A stretch of 64,000 bases of DNA from Pseudomonadota bacterium (GTDB lineage: Bacteria > Bdellovibrionota_C > UBA2361 > OMII01): NCBI GenBank assembly GCA_046300175.1, contig JBKCMS010000065.1:11270-75269 (forward strand). The letters run 5' to 3'. Below the pieces are notes generated by a model. It had not been told where the DNA came from, made no database searches, and saw only the letters and a program-made list of their open reading frames with translations. Position numbers and translations under genes: made by a program. Positions 1-10,504 of this stretch are shown here, in pieces (within the stretch, counting starts at the first letter, position 1; each line of letters begins with the position of its first letter).

Positions 1-5
1 TGTGG

Positions 6-569
6 TTGATTGTCCATTTCGCTGTTACGCTTGCCTGGTCACAGCTTACTTTGTCGCGAGTTCTAGGGACTTTTGGTAATCCATCTAATGCCGAATTTCT
101 GACCAAAAGTATTAAAACATGGAAGGAATGTGTAATCAGCGGGGATCTTGAGGCTATTCGAATCTTGATAGTTCGAGGTTTTGAAAACGCGGCTTTCGCT
201 GGTTTCGGAGTCGGGCTGCTAGTCATTCCCTGTCTGCTATTTGCTTTGCGGCGACCTGTCCGTCCGCAGGCTAAACTAGTAGTTATTGTATGTTTTATGC
301 TTACATTTATGTACTTGGCGTCTAGCTGCGTAATAGCGCCCCAGCTTCCGGTCTGGAGTCCAGGGGGGCTAATACCTCGTTATTCGTATTACTATTATCC
401 GGCATCGTTACTGGCGTTTGGCGTGCTGGCCGACCGTTTGCCACGATGGCTCTCTGGCGTGTTGGTTGGAGGCTTGGTATTGCTAGTCTTTGCTGATACC
501 CTTGGATACTTCCAGCCTGCTATGCTACTGCATTACGGGAATTGGTACGGAACCTTTACTAAGTGGTAG
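6..569 (+). CDS. Hydrophobic integral membrane protein, probably the 3' part of a gene that starts before the window
   Basis: The ORF begins at the window edge. Its translation is dominated by hydrophobic helices and no catalytic motif is recognised. Confidence 0.35.
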   Translation: MIVHFAVTLAWSQLTLSRVLGTFGNPSNAEFLTKSIKTWKECVISGDLEAIRILIVRGFENAAFAGFGVGLLVIPCLLFALRRPVRPQAKLVVIVCFMLTFMYLASSCVIAPQLPVWSPGGLIPRYSYYYYPASLLAFGVLADRLPRWLSGVLVGGLVLLVFADTLGYFQPAMLLHYGNWYGTFTKW

Positions 570-573
570 TGCT

Positions 574-1305
574 ATGAATTCGATATCTGCGCGTCTTGAG
601 AGAGAGCGCGAACATGCACAAGAGATACTCGCGAGTGAGGAGAAGAACTGGAACTGGCACACGCCAGCCGGTAAGATTAGATTCGAGCGTCGTGTAAGAT
701 TTCTCAGCGAAGCTCTTACACCGGAAGTACGGCCAACAGCACGCGTAGTTGAGATAGGAGCGGGCACCGGTACATATTCGGGTCGGTTGGCCGAGGCATA
801 TCCGCTAATTGTTTCGACCGATATAAGTCCAGACCTGTTAGCACGCGCGAGACAGCGCTATCCTCACGTAAGCTTCGAAGTAATGGATGCGCATGGTCTG
901 CCGCTAGAGGATAATTCTCTGGATGCCGTAGTGGGGTGCTCTATTCTGCACCACCTAGAGTGGTCAAGAGCTGTGCGAGAGTACTACCGTGTCTTGAAGC
1001 CGGGAGGAGAGATTCGTTTTAGTGAGCCAAATCTAATGAATCCGCAGATATTTCTGCAGAAAAGCATCCCGTTCCTTAAGAGACTGGCAGGAGATAGTCC
1101 GGATGAGTATGCATTTACGAGATTCGAGATCGCCAAGAGACTATCGCAGGCTGGTTTCTCGAGTATACGGGTGAAGCCATTTGAGTTCCTACATCCAGCG
1201 GTGCCGGAAGCATGGATATCGCGAATAGAAAGGCTTGAGAGCTGGGTCGAGGGTACATTCCTGAGAGAGATCGGCGGTTCCATTCTAATTGAGGCTCGTA
1301 AATGA
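574..1305 (+). CDS. Class I SAM-dependent methyltransferase
   Basis: Motif I VVEIGAGTGTYSGRLA is followed by LKPGGEIRFSEPN, a post-II-like motif. The internal ATG at 574 is preferred over the ORF-track start at 490, which overlaps the upstream membrane gene. Confidence 0.75.
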   Translation: MNSISARLEREREHAQEILASEEKNWNWHTPAGKIRFERRVRFLSEALTPEVRPTARVVEIGAGTGTYSGRLAEAYPLIVSTDISPDLLARARQRYPHVSFEVMDAHGLPLEDNSLDAVVGCSILHHLEWSRAVREYYRVLKPGGEIRFSEPNLMNPQIFLQKSIPFLKRLAGDSPDEYAFTRFEIAKRLSQAGFSSIRVKPFEFLHPAVPEAWISRIERLESWVEGTFLREIGGSILIEARK

Positions 1306-2114
1306 ACGGAACAGTCCAACGTGTTCTTATAGGAGCTTACTCTCTCATTAATAAGACAGGTGTTCTTAGAACAAGACCCTGCAAACTTGTTTTTCGCAAA
1401 TCCTACTTTGCCTATAAGCGTCTATTAGAAGATCCGCTTATAGTCCTAATCAAGGCTGCCCCAAATGTTTGCCGTAACGGGCTAATCATCGATGTAGGAG
1501 CTAACCTAGGATACACTAGCTTGCTGTTTTCACATTATGCGGCTGCGGGCTGTGAAGTAATAGCCTTCGAGCCTGATAGGGCTAATTTTGAGACTCTTAA
1601 AGAAGTTGTTAGAGGTCGGAGTTCTATTCTTCCAGTTTGGGCAGCGGTAGGAGATGAAATTGGAGAGGTGCGCTTTTGGTCTAATCCAGGTCACCACGCA
1701 GATAGCAGAACTGTTACACCTGAGTTTCAAAAAGAGTTGGGAGAGGAAGAGGCGACCTATGCGGTCCCACTAGTGAGTTTGGACGCGTACCTTGAGCGTG
1801 AGAGGCAAGGTTGTGAGGTAGGATTTATTAAGATCGATGTCCAGGGATATGAGGAGAAGGTTTTGCGTGGCTGTGAGGCAACTATCTTGAAGAACCCTGA
1901 TGTCGTTGTCGCTTTCGAATATTCTCCCGAATCTGCCAGGGAGCTAGGATTCTCGCCTGAGTTCCAGCTCTCATTTTTTCTGGAACGCGGGTTTAAGCTC
2001 TATTCACTTAGTAGAGCTGAAGGATTGCTTCCTTTCCGCAGCGAAGATCTCCCCAGATTGCTAGAAGGTCGAGGGTACTGTGACCTTGTGGCTTCACGCA
2101 GCCCTCTTTGCTAG
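1302..2114 (+). CDS. FkbM-family methyltransferase
   Basis: IDVGANLGYTSLLFS is an FkbM-type SAM-binding motif and the length (~270 aa) fits. The start overlaps the upstream methyltransferase stop by 4 nt, which suggests an operon. Confidence 0.7.
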   Translation: MNGTVQRVLIGAYSLINKTGVLRTRPCKLVFRKSYFAYKRLLEDPLIVLIKAAPNVCRNGLIIDVGANLGYTSLLFSHYAAAGCEVIAFEPDRANFETLKEVVRGRSSILPVWAAVGDEIGEVRFWSNPGHHADSRTVTPEFQKELGEEEATYAVPLVSLDAYLERERQGCEVGFIKIDVQGYEEKVLRGCEATILKNPDVVVAFEYSPESARELGFSPEFQLSFFLERGFKLYSLSRAEGLLPFRSEDLPRLLEGRGYCDLVASRSPLC

Positions 2115-2130
2115 TTTTAGCCGAGGCGGG

Positions 2131-3222
2131 CTAAGCGTTTGCTGCCATTGCCCCACCGCTTAGGCGCTCTACCAACTCATCATGAATCTCAACCAAGATA
2201 TCATTTACATTGCGCGTAAGCCGCCAGTTTGGATAATGCTTTTGAAAGTGGCGCACATCAGATACCCACCAGATATGGTCACCAATTCGGTTCGACTCGG
2301 AGTACGCATAGTTCATCGGCCGCCCCGTGATCTGCTCGCATAGGGAGATCGCCTCTGCCATGGAGCAGTGGGAGAATCTGCTGCCGCCGATGTTATACAC
2401 TTCTCCTGAGCGGGGCGCTTTATAGAATTCATTGAAAGCGCTCACCAAATCAAAGCTATGTATATTGTCGCGCACCTGCTTGCCCTTGTATCCGTAAACC
2501 TGATACTGGGTTCCAGTGATGGCACACTTCATTAGGTAAGCGAGAAATCCGTGCAGCTCCGCTCCTGAGTGGCCTGGACCAGTTAGGCAGCCGCCGCGGA
2601 AGCACGCAGTCATCATTCCGAAGTATCTGCCGTATTCTTGTACTAGAACATCAGCGGCAACTTTGGAGGCCCCGAACAGCGAGTGTTTAGTCCTATCGAT
2701 ACTCATCCCCTCGTCGATACCGTGGGTATAGTAAGCGTGCGAAGTGTCGATATCCCACCGCGTGTCATGTTCAACTAGTGGCAAGCTGTTGGGGGTATCG
2801 CCATAGACCTTATTAGTAGAGCAGAAGATAAATACGGCTTCTGGTGCATGGCGCCGGGTCATCTCAAGCATCACTGACGTGCCGTTTGCATTGACTGTAA
2901 AGTCAGTGAATGGTTCCTTAGCCGCCCAATCGTGAGACGGCTGCGCTGCCGTGTGGATCACAAGTGAGATATCAGAGCTGTACTCAGCAAAAATCTTGCC
3001 GATAGCGTCTGCGTCACGGATGTCAGCAGAGTGGTGGGTGAAGGAGTTCCCAAGGTCTGCATGGAGACGCTCTTGAGACCACTGAGTAGACGCCTGTGCA
3101 CCAAAAAAGTAGCTGCGCATGTCGTTGTCTATGCCGACAACGCGCATGCCCTGTTTAGCAAAAAAACGGCACGATTCTGCGCCGATAAGACCTGAGGAGC
3201 CTGTGACGATGACTATACTCAT
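2131..3222 (-). CDS. NAD-dependent nucleotide-sugar epimerase (CDP-paratose/tyvelose 2-epimerase-like)
   Basis: [15 protein letters not shown] is a Rossmann GxxGxxG motif. [21 protein letters not shown] (a YxxxK-like catalytic region) and GKQVRDNIH resemble the Tyv/RfbE-type epimerase family. The start was set at the internal ATG 3222 (MSIVIVTG). Confidence 0.7.
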   Translation of the reverse strand: MSIVIVTGSSGLIGAESCRFFAKQGMRVVGIDNDMRSYFFGAQASTQWSQERLHADLGNSFTHHSADIRDADAIGKIFAEYSSDISLVIHTAAQPSHDWAAKEPFTDFTVNANGTSVMLEMTRRHAPEAVFIFCSTNKVYGDTPNSLPLVEHDTRWDIDTSHAYYTHGIDEGMSIDRTKHSLFGASKVAADVLVQEYGRYFGMMTACFRGGCLTGPGHSGAELHGFLAYLMKCAITGTQYQVYGYKGKQVRDNIHSFDLVSAFNEFYKAPRSGEVYNIGGSRFSHCSMAEAISLCEQITGRPMNYAYSESNRIGDHIWWVSDVRHFQKHYPNWRLTRNVNDILVEIHDELVERLSGGAMAANA

Positions 3223-3320
3223 GGGGGAGCCTTTGTTAAACAAACACTCCCCAGGGTAATCCAAACATATTCCTATTTCAACTATGGTAGGAGCATAAAA
3301 AAGCCTATAATCTGGGTCGG

Positions 3321-5525
3321 TTAGCGGCTCAGATCGGCGGATGTGTTGTCACTACTTCTCGTTTTGTATGGTAATCTAGAACTCCACTGCTGCAGCAAGT
3401 GATCCAGGATATTTTTGGCGATGATCTCGTTTCCGGTATCGACAACGTGAAAATGGTCGAGGAATGTAGTTTGAGCATCTAGCGAGTCAAGGGCTGATGA
3501 GAGATCGATGACCGGCACACCATTACGTTGAAGTGTTTTTGATGCCAGCTGCATATCGGGATGAGCACTACTCAGCGCGCACTCGATTGGCTCGCCCGTG
3601 CAATTCGGTTTAGGAGCCCGACTGGACTGTTGATGCGAACTCAAGTGAGGTTGAAGAAAGGCAAGAAAATGTATCGAATTTTTCTTGGTAAGCTCATGTG
3701 CTTCTGAAATGACAGAGGCCCACTGCTGCGCTGTTTCATCGACTAGGCGTCCTCTAATTTCGCTGTCATTCAGATGCGGAAATAAGGGCTGTATTTCCGG
3801 AGTACCTAGAATCTCTATGGTTCGTCGCATGGCAGTGCTGTGCTCCTTAAAAAAAGCGAGTATGGCATTGGCAGGGCTGCGCTTTTGTGCTGCAAAAGAG
3901 GCGCGATCGCTACTATAGATCGTCCCGTGAGGGTTGCCTCTGTACACTCCCTGAACGATATCATTGACCCCGTCGTAGAAGATTACAGCCCGCGGCTGAT
4001 TCCCCTTAGAAAGCTCGATGGCCAATCGGCCTAGCTCCTGTGAAGCTTTGATTGAAGTAGTTCCGAAATTCTTCACCTTCCAGGGAATTGATCGTTGTAC
4101 CAGGAGACGTTGCAAGATGCTTGGCCATGTCAATTCGTTTGGAACCTCGGAGCAATACGTAGTTGACCCACCAAAAACCCAAATTTCACCATCAGCGGGA
4201 TCCAGAGAAGTATCCCATCCAGTAGTTACTCGCACTCCATTTTGAACTGTTATGAAAGGATCGCTTGAATCTTGCCGCAAGATTAAGTTCGTTCCAGCCT
4301 GTTGATACCATCCTACCTGTGCGATGGAGCTAAGCAGGAAATCCTCGGAAAACCATCTTTTAGAGCGATACGCTGGATGATTAACTCGTTTGGCAAACCC
4401 ATCTATGTATCCAGGGGTAGAGAGTAATTTAGAGTATCGCGAGTCGTGGGTTGCACGAGCTCGCACCTTAGAGATGATATCATCTGTAAGGTTTGCCTCT
4501 CCTCGCTCAGCATCAGCTCGGTGCAGCTCGCGGTCTATTGATGGGAAGATAGAATCCACTACCCGAGCGCCTCCTTCCAGTATGAAAAGAAGAGCTGCGG
4601 TGGGGGTGAGAGATAATATGATTGTGAGAAGGACCTTTCGTAGAATTCCATAAGCTATGAATATTCCAGTGCCCAGGAATGCGATGATTACTACTAGGCT
4701 GGTTAAAGCAAATGCTCTGCGATCTGCTCTTGAGCGCTCCTTATCAAGTGGTACCTGGATAGAAGACACTCCTAATCGCTCCAGCCCGAGTGAAAGCATC
4801 GGTTGATATGTTCGATTCGATAAGACTAGAGCATCAATCCGTACATATCCGGCTGGTTCTGCGGAAAAAACTAGCTTCTCAGCTTTGCGGGGTAAGGTTA
4901 TGGAAAATGGGATTGAGGTTGGGCGGGCTTGAGGGTTGAGGCCGTATGTCCATAAAGTGCCGTCACTCGGCTCGTATAGGTCGATTGTCTCCCGTGTATC
5001 GCCGATGCTGAGCATCAACTTCCCGCTTGCACGGCTTTTTAGGAGCATAATCCCGACTTCAGAAGCTTGTAAGTCAGCGCTGAGCTTCGACTTGAGTGTT
5101 GAAGTGCCCGCAAGTGCAGCAAACGGACTCCATGACGGTTGGTTGATCGATTCCCATGATTCGACGCCCGCCAGCTTGTCAAGCGACATTGGTCTTCCAT
5201 CCTGTAAGAGTTGTACCGCATGAACTGCCGTTGCCCCGGACAGAGGGTTTTTTTCCGGTGATATCTCCGCGTTAAATTTTATCCGAAGCGTTTCAGACCT
5301 CGCGTATGGAACCGGTATAATAAACTGATCCAATTGCGAATCTGCAACATCGAGCAGAGTAGCCCTAATTCCGGTTACAGAGAGTCCGTACGTTATTTCA
5401 AGCTTTGCATTAATCGGTTCAGAAGCGATCCAGGATCGAGATACATCGAAAGCTGGGACCGCACAAAACATCGAAAAGACTGCGGCGGCTAATCCAAGTA
5501 ACAATTCCGATCTAGGCGGCTTCAT
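3321..5525 (-). CDS. Large membrane-anchored protein with a C-terminal SGNH/GDSL-hydrolase-like domain, possibly a glycan O-acyl esterase or transferase
   Basis: The N-terminal signal/TM ([19 protein letters not shown]) and internal TM helices are followed by [10 protein letters not shown] (a GDS-like block I) and [10 protein letters not shown] (a GxND block III) in the C-terminal third. Confidence 0.5.
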   Translation of the reverse strand: MKPPRSELLLGLAAAVFSMFCAVPAFDVSRSWIASEPINAKLEITYGLSVTGIRATLLDVADSQLDQFIIPVPYARSETLRIKFNAEISPEKNPLSGATAVHAVQLLQDGRPMSLDKLAGVESWESINQPSWSPFAALAGTSTLKSKLSADLQASEVGIMLLKSRASGKLMLSIGDTRETIDLYEPSDGTLWTYGLNPQARPTSIPFSITLPRKAEKLVFSAEPAGYVRIDALVLSNRTYQPMLSLGLERLGVSSIQVPLDKERSRADRRAFALTSLVVIIAFLGTGIFIAYGILRKVLLTIILSLTPTAALLFILEGGARVVDSIFPSIDRELHRADAERGEANLTDDIISKVRARATHDSRYSKLLSTPGYIDGFAKRVNHPAYRSKRWFSEDFLLSSIAQVGWYQQAGTNLILRQDSSDPFITVQNGVRVTTGWDTSLDPADGEIWVFGGSTTYCSEVPNELTWPSILQRLLVQRSIPWKVKNFGTTSIKASQELGRLAIELSKGNQPRAVIFYDGVNDIVQGVYRGNPHGTIYSSDRASFAAQKRSPANAILAFFKEHSTAMRRTIEILGTPEIQPLFPHLNDSEIRGRLVDETAQQWASVISEAHELTKKNSIHFLAFLQPHLSSHQQSSRAPKPNCTGEPIECALSSAHPDMQLASKTLQRNGVPVIDLSSALDSLDAQTTFLDHFHVVDTGNEIIAKNILDHLLQQWSSRLPYKTRSSDNTSADLSR

Positions 5526-5968
5526 GATTACTATTTACTGTAAAATCGCTGTCTGTAAGCTTAAAAAAATACTCAAACTGGTCTCGAAAATTCGGTTTTT
5601 AGCCATGTTTTTGAGATGCGCGGCGAGATAAACAACCCGAGGCGGAAAAGCAGAAACTGTATCACCAAGATAAGCGCACGGATTATCACGAATCCTGAAC
5701 AAATTAGCCTCCCCCATATAGTCAACCGTATGCAGAGTATAAATTCAAGGCCAGTTCTGGTAGTTTGCCAATGGGCGGAGCAGCTGTTGTCACTCAAGGC
5801 AAGGGTTATTAGCTCCTCATATTTGCTGTTTACTACAGCTCTCAAGCTATTTGTTGCTAGGTCTTACCAGTAGAGGCTTTGCAAGCAAAAGGATGTTCCT
5901 GGTGTGTCACCGGGGCGTCTAAGTCCTGGCATTTAGGAGGGGGGCTTGGTAGATATTTTGGGCGACAT

Positions 5969-6008
5969 CTAGAGCTGATTAGCCCGAATATTGCACGAGA
6001 GTGCGATG
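5969..6008. promoter_or_regulatory. Hairpin in the 690-bp divergent intergenic region
   Basis: ttagcccgaatattgcac-gagag-tgcgatgttcgggctaa forms a ~17-bp stem with one mismatch. It lies 210 nt upstream of the 6217 methyltransferase. Confidence 0.25.
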
Positions 6009-6216
6009 TTCGGGCTAACAGGTGCATGGATGCACTTGCAAATTCCGAAGCGCAGCGTAGGAATTTGGAGCCTACAGTTTGTGTGGGCACTGTTGATAGT
6101 TGCCGTGTAGCTGCTATCGTCAGTTCCGAATATAATCTTCAAAGAGAGAAGATGTTCGTCGGATGATGTGCTATTTGCCTGTTATAGTTGTCTTTATCGG
6201 AAATTAACGGTGACTT

Positions 6217-7230
6217 ATGGGGTTTAACGATTTAATAAGTGACTATTTAGTCGGGGAAGGTGGGCAAGAAACGCCACGTCACCCCTGTAGAGCCTGTGGT
6301 TCAGATAACACTCAACTGCGCGGTAGTAAGCCGGGCTGGACCTCTGCAACTGAATACTCATTCTATGATTGTCGAGCCTGCGGACTGTTATTTGTGGAAC
6401 CCTTCGCTGGCTTCGAGGTTTATAACGACGCCTATTACCGAGGCGAGGGGCCTGACCCTTTTGTTGACTATGAATCAGAGTATCGCGACTGGCGCTCTAC
6501 AGATCGGCGTATAGAACTCAATGACTGTGTTAGAATCGCGGAGCATTATCTGCGGAGAACGTTAGCAGATAGTGGAGTAACGGCAGAAGGGAGCACAGGA
6601 AGCTCCCCGAATTCTGAGCTAGGAAGACCTGTTCGCTGGCTAGACTTTGGATGTGGGGCCGGAGCGCTCCTCAAATGTTTAAGAGATCGCGGGGAGATTG
6701 CTGGCCGACCGATCAAGATAGTTGGTCACGATGTGGGTTCGTATGCCGAGGCTCTATCGTCCGTAGACCATTTCCAAATCCTCGCTATTGATGCTCTTAA
6801 TCAGCAGCCGGATGAGAGTTATGATGTGATTTCGATGATCGAAGTAATCGAGCACCTACCAGCTCCCGCAGAACAGATTAATTTGATCTCGCGCCTGCTA
6901 AAGCCAGGGGGATTGCTATTACTAACCACGGGCAACCTTCAAAGTCCGATGGCAAAGCGTCAGGGTATCTTCTATGGATACTGCGCCCCAGAGATACACA
7001 TTAGCCTTTTTAGCCCGCAAAGCCTGACTAAGCTTTATGAGCGCGCGGGATTATCATCTTTTCGAGTGAAATATCGGGGAGTGGTGGATTTTAAGGTGCT
7101 GAAAACCCTCAGACATCGACCGGTATTAAAATGTCTCGCACGACTATTGTTGCTGCTGCCGCCGATTCGAAGCATAGTCGATTTTCTGTTCGGAGTATCA
7201 GCGATGCCGTGCGCTATTAAGAGAGCGTAG
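6217..7230 (+). CDS. SAM-dependent methyltransferase with an N-terminal Cys4 zinc-ribbon
   Basis: CRACGSDN...YDCRACGL forms CxxC...CxxC at the N-terminus. It is followed by WLDFGCGAGALLKCL (motif I) and LKPGGLLLLTT. Confidence 0.7.
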   Translation: MGFNDLISDYLVGEGGQETPRHPCRACGSDNTQLRGSKPGWTSATEYSFYDCRACGLLFVEPFAGFEVYNDAYYRGEGPDPFVDYESEYRDWRSTDRRIELNDCVRIAEHYLRRTLADSGVTAEGSTGSSPNSELGRPVRWLDFGCGAGALLKCLRDRGEIAGRPIKIVGHDVGSYAEALSSVDHFQILAIDALNQQPDESYDVISMIEVIEHLPAPAEQINLISRLLKPGGLLLLTTGNLQSPMAKRQGIFYGYCAPEIHISLFSPQSLTKLYERAGLSSFRVKYRGVVDFKVLKTLRHRPVLKCLARLLLLLPPIRSIVDFLFGVSAMPCAIKRA

Positions 7231-7626
7231 CAAGATTAATCTCCCAGCAGGTCTTGACTAAAGCGGGACCGACATCAGTGTAGGATAAAAAAGGACAGAA
7301 TATCACTCGGCGTCAATTTTGTGAGATTTTTAGTGAAGATTGCTGTCAGTGGCGCTAGCAGTAGGCCGCGGCTGTGATGGATTGGTAAGCCTTGCGCCTA
7401 CAATCAAAAGAAATAGAAAATTTTTAGCCGTAAACGTGGTATTTTCGCGTACGCTCGGATGGCATGAGCCTCATCTTGCGATCAATTAGTTAAAGTTCAA
7501 GCGGAGCAGGCATTAATATAAATTAGTTACCACCTGCATGGTGGCCCAGCCTCTACCATACTTATATAGACGGATGGTGCGTTAAGTTAGTGAACCTGCC
7601 ATTTTTCTCAGTCCATAATGGCAGCG

Positions 7627-8469
7627 CTAATCAAAATTAGCACACTTAGGTCTTGGTATTGATTCATTCGTTAAAACATCGGCGTTAGCAGCCTTGACCA
7701 CTTGCTTCACAGCCCCCGGATGTTCGTGAAGCTTGGAAAAGCGATGGCGTAGTATAGCACTTACCCAGTTAAATGGATCTCTGAGGATGCGAATCTTCTT
7801 GCCCTCCTCAAATCCGCGGGAGGTATATGAAACAGGTACTTCTACCGGCACGTGTCCGAGGCGAATAAGCTTGCCCGTAAGTTCGTAGTCAAAATCAAAA
7901 CGATTGGCCTCAAACAAAACTCCTTCAATGCATGACCGGCGAAATACCTTGTACATGGTGGTTGGGTCTGTGAGTTTCGTCCCGAATACTATATTAAATA
8001 GCGCGTGAAACAGGGTGCCGCCAAAGTTAAGCAGGGAAGCTTTTAAAGGCGAGTTCTCAAATTTTCTGATCTGCCAGCTGCCAGCAGCCATATGCCGACT
8101 GCCGAGAACAAAGGAGGCTCGTCCTTCCACGAGAGGGGCTAGTAATGCCGGATAATCGTTGGTGTCATACTCTGAATCAGCATCTTGAATGAGTACTAGG
8201 TCCCCTGTTGCCTCTTTTAGTCCCGCACGTATCGCATGCCCCTTGCCTCGAGGTGTATCTTGGAGCACTAGCTTAACTGAACCCGGCGATTGCAGATTAA
8301 TCTCTCGCGTAAAATCCTGGCAGATGGACCGAGATGCATCACTAGAGTTGCTTTCGACAATCACTATCTCTTTATTTATTCCCTGGAGGTCTTGCTTCCA
8401 CACCCGACGAAGTGTGTCCCCAACGAACTGTCCCTCGTTATATACCGCTACGATAATCGATAATTTCAT
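7627..8469 (-). CDS. Family 2 glycosyltransferase (polyprenyl-phosphate sugar transferase-like)
   Basis: MKLSIIVAVYNE is followed by DAS and LIQDADSEYD (a DxD-type motif), a typical GT2 fold signature. The start was set at the internal ATG 8469. Confidence 0.75.
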   Translation of the reverse strand: MKLSIIVAVYNEGQFVGDTLRRVWKQDLQGINKEIVIVESNSSDASRSICQDFTREINLQSPGSVKLVLQDTPRGKGHAIRAGLKEATGDLVLIQDADSEYDTNDYPALLAPLVEGRASFVLGSRHMAAGSWQIRKFENSPLKASLLNFGGTLFHALFNIVFGTKLTDPTTMYKVFRRSCIEGVLFEANRFDFDYELTGKLIRLGHVPVEVPVSYTSRGFEEGKKIRILRDPFNWVSAILRHRFSKLHEHPGAVKQVVKAANADVLTNESIPRPKCANFD

Positions 8470-8544
8470 AATGAGCCCCAGGCTTACAGGTAAGGGAGCA
8501 TGCAATCATGCACTCCCGGCTGATATCTATTATAGCAGGGATTT

Positions 8545-9522
8545 TCACAATAGCGACTTAGTGCCATCAAAATCGAAATGAAATCTGACTTCCTCTAGTC
8601 CTGCAAGGGACATAGCCTGCCTGAGGCGGGCTCTATCAGCTGCATAAAACATCAAAAAGCCACCGCCCCCCGCTCCAACTAGTTTACCTCCAACAGCTCC
8701 GTTGGTCATACCTAGAGAGTACCACTCGTCAATCTGAGGGTTGCTCATCCCCCCAGATCGCCTGCGTTTATTCTCCCAGTGTTCATGCATGATCTCTCCA
8801 AACTCAGCGCAGCGACCCAACTCTAGGGCCTTTCTGCTCCTTGCGCCTAGTTCCCGGACGTAGTGCAGATTTTCGAACATCTTGGGGTCAGCCTTTTTGG
8901 TTCGGTCATCTTGATCTCGCAATATGCTGCCAGCCGCTCGATCAAAGCCGGTGAAAAATAGCAATAGATTGTCTTCCAGGTCGAAGAGAGTTTCGCGTGA
9001 TACGGAGAGCGGTTGGGCCTCAACGCTGCCATCAGGATTAAATTCGAAACATGTTATGCCTCCATAGGCGGCTATATACTGGTCCTGCTTACCGATGGGC
9101 TCATGTAGGCGATTCAGCTCGATCTCGCATGCTAATTCGGCTAACTCGTTTGGTAGGATCATTTGTCGTTTGTGGGAGTATAGAGCTTTGAGCAAAGCAG
9201 TGGTAAAGCTACCTGAAGAGCCCAATCCGGTCCCCGAGGGTATGTCTGCTAGCGTAGTTATCTCGATTTGCTGCTCAGGGAAATTCAAACACGCCAGGGC
9301 TTCACGAATTATTGGATGCTCAACTTCATGAAATGAATTAACTCGCTCCTGTTTTGAGTATTTAAGATATATTCCTGGTAGAAAGGGACGCATTACCGTT
9401 ACGTATACGTACTTGTCTATCGCAGCCGAGAGAACAGTTCCGCCGAATTGGGTGTAGTATGACGGTAGGTCTGTTCCGCCGCCACCCAAGCTAATACGAA
9501 GTGGACTACGTGCGATAATCAT
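8545..9522 (-). CDS. hddA: D-glycero-alpha-D-manno-heptose 7-phosphate kinase (GHMP kinase, HddA-like)
   Basis: The N-terminus MIIARSPLRISLGGGGTDLPSYY and the GHMP ATP motif PSGTGLGSSGSFTTALL closely match the HddA/WcbL family. Confidence 0.8.
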   Translation of the reverse strand: MIIARSPLRISLGGGGTDLPSYYTQFGGTVLSAAIDKYVYVTVMRPFLPGIYLKYSKQERVNSFHEVEHPIIREALACLNFPEQQIEITTLADIPSGTGLGSSGSFTTALLKALYSHKRQMILPNELAELACEIELNRLHEPIGKQDQYIAAYGGITCFEFNPDGSVEAQPLSVSRETLFDLEDNLLLFFTGFDRAAGSILRDQDDRTKKADPKMFENLHYVRELGARSRKALELGRCAEFGEIMHEHWENKRRRSGGMSNPQIDEWYSLGMTNGAVGGKLVGAGGGGFLMFYAADRARLRQAMSLAGLEEVRFHFDFDGTKSLL

Positions 9523-10504
9523 ATCCTGACCTCTTGTAGATTGACTCTACTATTTTTACGGCAGCATAGGCGTCGTGAATACTAGAGCTAGGAGCTCTTC
9601 TAAGCCGGACATCCTCTAAAAATTCCTCGAACTCTCGTTCCCACGAAGTATCTCGCTGCGGGTACTCCCAAGATGTTGTTTCTGGCGGCCCCATCTCAGG
9701 GAGCATCTTGTACCACGTCAATCTTTCAACGCCGTAACTGCCACCAAGCCCTTCAATCTGAAGTTTGCCATGGCGGCCGTAGATTTCAAAAGAGAATAGG
9801 TTTTTCCACTCCGAACAACTAACGTGAAGGAAGGCAGTTTGGAGTTCGGCAGTGCGCAGGATCATAAAGGCATTGTCGTCGACGGGCATATCCCAGAAGC
9901 AAGTCTGGGCATGCCCGTTGACCTCCGAAAAGTCGCCGAGAAACCAACGTGATAGATCTATGAGGTGAACGCCTTGGTCAATCAGCTCACCTCCACCCGA
10001 GATCTTAGGATTGGCTCTCCACTCCTTTTCGTATCCAATACGGCCGCCGTGTCCATATCGGGAGCGAATAAACATAAGGGGCCCAATTGCACCTTCGTCA
10101 ATAAGTGCTCGAGCTTTGAGTAGGGCTGGATGATAGCGATGATTAAAGCCTACTCGAACTAGACCACCAGAGCGCTTAGCGGCCTCTATGATATGACTGA
10201 TCTCTTCAGCGCTCCGTCCCGCAGGTTTTTCTACTAAAACGTCCTTCCCAGCAGAAAGCGCCTGAATTGCTAAATTCGATAAAGAGTCGTTGGGAGTGGC
10301 AACGATCACTAAACGTGTTTCCGGGTCTGAAAGAGCCATAGACACATCCGAGGAGGACCGCACATCCTTGTACCTGGCAGCTAAAGCTTGAGCGCTGACC
10401 AGATTGGTATCAATACACCACCGCAGCTCGCAACCACATAGGGCGGCTGAGCGTTTGAGCCCGATAAGACCGCACCCGATAATCGATACGCCAAACGTGC
10501 TCAT
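9506..10504 (-). CDS. Gfo/Idh/MocA-family NAD(P)-dependent sugar oxidoreductase
   Basis: The N-terminal Rossmann motif VSIIGCGLIGLKRS and the overall architecture are typical of Gfo/Idh/MocA dehydrogenases. Confidence 0.75.
   Translation of the reverse strand: MSTFGVSIIGCGLIGLKRSAALCGCELRWCIDTNLVSAQALAARYKDVRSSSDVSMALSDPETRLVIVATPNDSLSNLAIQALSAGKDVLVEKPAGRSAEEISHIIEAAKRSGGLVRVGFNHRYHPALLKARALIDEGAIGPLMFIRSRYGHGGRIGYEKEWRANPKISGGGELIDQGVHLIDLSRWFLGDFSEVNGHAQTCFWDMPVDDNAFMILRTAELQTAFLHVSCSEWKNLFSFEIYGRHGKLQIEGLGGSYGVERLTWYKMLPEMGPPETTSWEYPQRDTSWEREFEEFLEDVRLRRAPSSSIHDAYAAVKIVESIYKRSGYDYRT

Noticed and set aside
3685-4653. Several 64-87-aa plus-strand ORFs inside the 3321-5525 minus-strand gene (similar antisense ORFs occur inside most long genes, e.g. 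13577-14425, 30468-31267, 32852-33428)
   Set aside because: They are antisense to long, well-supported CDSs, have biased low-complexity translations and no motifs, and are typical shadow ORFs.
7231-7626. 400-bp convergent intergenic region with a short hairpin (ccacc-tgcat-ggtgg at 7529-7543) as a possible sRNA locus
   Set aside because: The stem is only 5 bp with no U-tract and no other recognisable structure or promoter. The evidence is too weak to call a feature.
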